Shown here: positions 61,806-64,000 of the stretch, piece after piece
Position numbering within the stretch: the first letter of the stretch is position 1
How the letters are laid out: every line of letters starts with the position of its first letter
DNA from: Octopus sinensis
Taxonomy: Eukaryota
Direction: 5' to 3'
DNA length: 64,000 nt
Assembly: GCF_006345805.1 (NCBI RefSeq)
Contig: NC_043000.1
Coordinates: 57,598,001-57,662,000 of the forward strand
Notes under the pieces: generated by a model
What the model saw: the letters and a program-made list of their open reading frames with translations, nothing else
Database searches by the model: none
What the model was told of the DNA's origin: nothing
Made by a program: the position numbers and the translations under genes

Positions 61806-63695
61806 GACACACACACAAATGCATGAATTCATTGTGCTTCACACAGTATTTAAATGTAAAGCAATGTAAGGTATATCTTTTAATAAGCATACAATTTGAG
61901 TGTAGCTGTAAAAAATAAATTGGTCATACTACATAGACACTAAAAGTAAGCGTGATCTGACCAGATTCAACTGTTGTTGGAGCTTCATCAAAGAAAGACT
62001 AGAAATTGTCAGACTGATTCTTAATTATTCTGCCCATAAATACCTGCAGAGTAACCATTTTGTTTACTTTCCACAGTGAGGAATATACTTATTAAAATGA
62101 TCACCATATATTATATTATCCAAAAACTATATATAGTGCACTATGAATGAATGAATTAATCCACGTTGCCAGCATATGCACTGTTATGCATATTAGACAA
62201 ACCAGTCTAGCTGGGTCTATATTTTAAACACAGAAAGGTGAAATATGCAGTGTTAACAACCCACTGATCTTTTCATACTGAAACAGAAGTTATTACATTA
62301 AAAAAATATAGCAAGCATCCTGGCCAGGTCTCTGGTTTGAGGATACCTTCTTTCCATTCTCCCACCAGTCTCAGAGGCCCTGTGAAAGGTCATGGGTACT
62401 GCTCTTTCTCTTGAATTAAAGGTAATGGTCATCTCATACAATGGAGTAATTTTATTATATGTAAGTTCCTATTAACACAAAGATCTAAATTTGTAAGCGT
62501 TTGCTTTTCATCACTTGTGCATTATATTGTAAATATGTTTCAATATTTGGTTTATTCACAATTGTATTCACTGCAAACAACAGGTCATTAAATTACATTA
62601 ACAAATTTCCTCACTATATTCTAAATTAGACAAACTATATCTGTAAAAGTCTCTGATTAACCAAATTCCTGCCTGAAATATTGGCAAAAGGAAGTACATT
62701 AGAAAATTAGCATTTAAAAGAGAAAGATGTCCTTGGGTGATTATAGCAGATTGTATTCTAATGATGTCTTTCTAATTAAGTTCAAAGAAATTAGTAAGAA
62801 AGTAGAATATTTGTTGTATTGATTTTATCAACATTTTACAACTAGTACAAAATTGATGTGTAAGAAAGTTTCATTGTGTTGACTAACTGGAAAAATATTG
62901 TCATCCTCATTGCACTTCCTTCTGCCACTTATACTGCAACTACAATGGATTCTGCTTCTCTGAACTAAGAAGTGGTATAATAACCATGGGCACAGGTATG
63001 ACTGTGTAGTTAAGAACTTTGCTTTCCAAGTACATATCACCTTGTGCAAATGGTATCTACCTTAGCCTCAGGTCAACCCCAATCATTTTGTATGAAACTG
63101 GGTAGATAGAAGCAATGGAAGTCTGTCATATTGTACTTGTGAAAGACCTATTCTGTAGCCCAATTCAATGTCACTGTCTGACACTTAGGTGCCTTTAGCA
63201 GAGCTTGTTCAGAATTCTTTGTGCTTTGAGGTCATACCATGATTTGTCATTTCTTCTTTTCCCTGCCACACCAGTATCAGAGATCCTGCTAAAATGTCAA
63301 GAGAGCTACTCTTCCTGCTCTACCCTGCCCACATCTCTTATCATTTGTAGCAGGCATGGGCAACCTTTTTCAAGGAGTGGGATGCATGAGACATGTATCA
63401 TCATCAGATGGGCCACTCTACTAAAAAAGTTCAATGTAATTTTTTGTTAGGTGTACCATGCATAAAGTCCAACAGGCAACAAGTTGCCCACAACTGATTT
63501 ATAATGTTTCTCCTCTACTTGCTTGAAGACTCCTTCTAAACATTCTTACCAATGATACCTCATCATAACTGCAGTATTCTGGAATTCTTTTCTTGCTCAT
63601 ACTTTTCTTACAGGCTTCAATCTGACTATGATTCACAACTGTCTAGAAGAGCCTATAAAAGACTTAAGGCAAGACACTTTTTTGTCTACCTAACA

Positions 63696-64000
63696 CAGTG
63701 GTTCTCAGCTGGGGTCCATATAAGATTTTTTGGGGTCCACAGAGCAAAATAGTAAATTAGGTGTCGACAATAGTATTTTAATGGTCCCCGAAGAAATTTT
63801 GCTTTAGATGTATGAATTGGTATGTATTGCAAGAAACAGCTAGATTTTCTTCTTTAACATTTTACATAGTTCAACCTACACAAGTTAATGTGTGAAAAAA
63901 CAAAATAGTAATTTCAAAGCTTCTATAAAACTAATTTTAAACATTGAATGGCTATGGGAGTCCACCAGAATAAAATAACAATTAAAGGAGTCCATAGATA
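63696..64000 (+). mobile_element. hAT-type MITE (runs to the window edge)
   Basis: Begins cagtggttctcagctggggtccata; body is the reverse complement of the 10390-10706 and 29760-30061 copies. Confidence 0.65.

Noticed and set aside
63612-63668. Possible plus-strand exon (ttttcttacag acceptor, AAG|gcaag GC donor)
   Set aside because: The peptide is not recognisable, the donor is non-canonical and no partner exons were identified.

Overview
AT-rich, repeat-dense animal genomic DNA. The SINE/RTE families and very long (TA)n/(CA)n tracts suggest a coleoid cephalopod, probably Octopus; this is an inference, not a database result. Two real genes sit head-to-head with start codons 162 bp apart. On the minus strand are the first seven coding exons of RMC1 (C18orf8/Mic1), reconstructed by hand with GT-AG sites and consistent phases; the gene continues beyond the left edge. 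On the plus strand is a single-ORF mitochondrial asparaginyl-tRNA synthetase (NARS2). The rest is intronic or intergenic sequence filled with decayed transposons (mariner, Tc1, hAT/Buster, probable piggyBac, Helitron-type, Gypsy LTR, RTE, CR1, RLE-type LINEs, tRNA-SINEs, MITEs) and microsatellites. The most interesting unannotated signal is two unrelated foldback elements (11040-11488 and 59342-59564). Each carries a minimal Penelope-type hammerhead ribozyme motif in both arms, and the first is centred on a tRNA-like Pol III head. Several other long hairpins lie in RMC1 introns. Most ORFs in the supplied track are spurious.
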